Shown here in pieces: positions 30,965-32,000 of a stretch of DNA of 32,000 nucleotides. This DNA comes from Caldimicrobium thiodismutans (GTDB lineage Bacteria; Desulfobacterota; Thermodesulfobacteria; Thermodesulfobacteriales; Thermodesulfobacteriaceae). The translations under genes and the position numbers were made by a program. The stretch spans positions 1,050,001 to 1,082,000 of the forward strand of contig NZ_AP014945.1 in assembly GCF_001548275.1 (NCBI RefSeq). Direction: 5' to 3'. Every line of letters starts with the position of its first letter. Within the stretch, counting starts at the first letter, position 1. The notes below the pieces were generated by a model. The model saw only the letters and a program-made list of their open reading frames with translations. It searched no databases and was not told the DNA's origin.

Positions 30965-32000
30965 ATGGATAAATCTGTGAAAAGAAGCTTTTTAATTCTT
31001 CTCCTTTTTTTTGTATTTACCTCAGAGAGGATTTTTGCTGAGGAGCCTAAGAAGGTTCTTATTTTGCCTTTTGAGGTCTATTCTCAGCAAGATTTAAGCT
31101 ACCTTGCAAGAGCTATCCCAGAGATGCTCACAAGCAGGCTTTTTATACCGAATAAAATACAGGTAATTGAGGCAGAAAAGATAGAAGAGGAACTCAAGAA
31201 TAAAAAAATAGATAAAAATACAGCTCAGGACTTAGCCAAAAAACTCTCTGCAGACTATGTTATCTGGGGAAGTGTTACGGTAGCAGGAGAGGTGGTAAGT
31301 ATTGATGCTCAAATTATGGACTTAAGTAACACCAAAAAGCCAGCTCAGTTCTTTCAAGAAATAAAAGGTCTTTCAGATCTAATTCCCCAGCTTACCCGTT
31401 TTGCAAGGAAATCAAAAAATTACATTGAAGGAAAGGAAGAGGACTTTTATAAAGAAGATCTTTCTCTTGCCATGGCAGGGGCTCCTTATTATGCTCCAGG
31501 AAGGGCTCATCCTGAAAGAGGTTATTTTGGATATGCACCCTATCCAGTAAGACCAATTCCTGAAGAGCCCCCTGTTGAGAAGGCCAAACCACGCTTTGGT
31601 GGTATAGGGGATCCTGCTTATGAAGGAGGACTTTTAGGAAATCTGGTTATTGAACTTTCAGGAAATAAGCCAAGAGTTGGTTTTGCTAAATCTGAAGAGG
31701 AAAGGGCCAAGGGAAATCAAACCCAGGCTCCACCTCCCTATCTCTATTACTATCCTCCTCAACCTTATTATAATTATTCACCTCCCCCTTATTACTATTA
31801 TCAGAGGCAGCCTCAGGAGGAAGGGCTTCTTTCCAAGATGAAGAGATGGCTTTGGCCCTTTGGAGAGGATAATACTCGCTTAGTTTATCCTCAACCCCTT
31901 TATCCCCAACCTGTTCCTATAACTCCGCAAGGGGTAACTTCTACGCAACAGCCAGTGCCCTCTCAACCTTCTATCACTCCTCAACCATCCATATCCTCTC
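30965..32000 (+). CDS. Secreted protein with an N-terminal TolB-N/FlgO-like alpha/beta domain and a Pro/Tyr/Gln-rich low-complexity region (partial, continues beyond window)
   Basis: Hand translation from ATG 30965 is open to the window end (345 codons). It is absent from the ORF track because there is no stop. Signal peptide MDKSVKRSFLILLLFFVFTSERIFA, then KKVLILPFEVYS...DYVIWGSVTVAGEVVSIDAQIMDL, then PPPYLYYYPPQPYYNYSPPPYYYYQRQPQ. Confidence 0.6.
   Translation, partial: MDKSVKRSFLILLLFFVFTSERIFAEEPKKVLILPFEVYSQQDLSYLARAIPEMLTSRLFIPNKIQVIEAEKIEEELKNKKIDKNTAQDLAKKLSADYVIWGSVTVAGEVVSIDAQIMDLSNTKKPAQFFQEIKGLSDLIPQLTRFARKSKNYIEGKEEDFYKEDLSLAMAGAPYYAPGRAHPERGYFGYAPYPVRPIPEEPPVEKAKPRFGGIGDPAYEGGLLGNLVIELSGNKPRVGFAKSEEERAKGNQTQAPPPYLYYYPPQPYYNYSPPPYYYYQRQPQEEGLLSKMKRWLWPFGEDNTRLVYPQPLYPQPVPITPQGVTSTQQPVPSQPSITPQPSISS

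Overview
AT-rich bacterial chromosomal segment. The gene content and the CRISPR repeat style suggest a thermophilic anaerobe, but that is a guess. About 30 protein genes are mostly housekeeping. They include pstS-pstC-pstA-pstB-murJ, a CPA2 K+/H+ antiporter, thiC, an EmrAB-like HlyD+MFS efflux pair followed by an MNT/HI0074 nucleotidyltransferase pair, nfi, a fused M16 peptidase, tsaE, glk, skp and pal. A long minus-strand operon runs tRNA-Ser, ftsY, kinase, crcB, DUF190, ICMT-like, prenyltransferase-like. There are three tRNAs (Lys-CTT, Gln-CTG, Ser-TGA). Two long CDSs run off the window ends and are absent from the ORF track (1-1540 minus, 30965-32000 plus). A cas-less 7-repeat CRISPR array (4383-4862) has a roughly 660 bp C-depleted leader and an unusual tail of nine 22-nt units that contain only the 3' end of the repeat. 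A degenerate copy of the repeat sits 15.7 kb away. The standout is at 17.8-19.7 kb. Two tandem small genes are invisible to the ORF track because each carries two in-frame TGA codons in a recurring Ser/Gly-TGA-GGY context. They lie immediately upstream of a radical SAM/SPASM maturase and divergent from the efflux pair. I read this as a selenocysteine-containing RiPP locus of the SbtA/SbtM 'selenobiotic' type, whose in vivo product and function are unknown as far as I know. Secondary leads are a prenyltransferase-like and ICMT-like gene pair translationally coupled to crcB-DUF190, several apparently leaderless genes, and a recurrent intergenic hairpin family. All family assignments come from motif recognition by eye; no searches were run.
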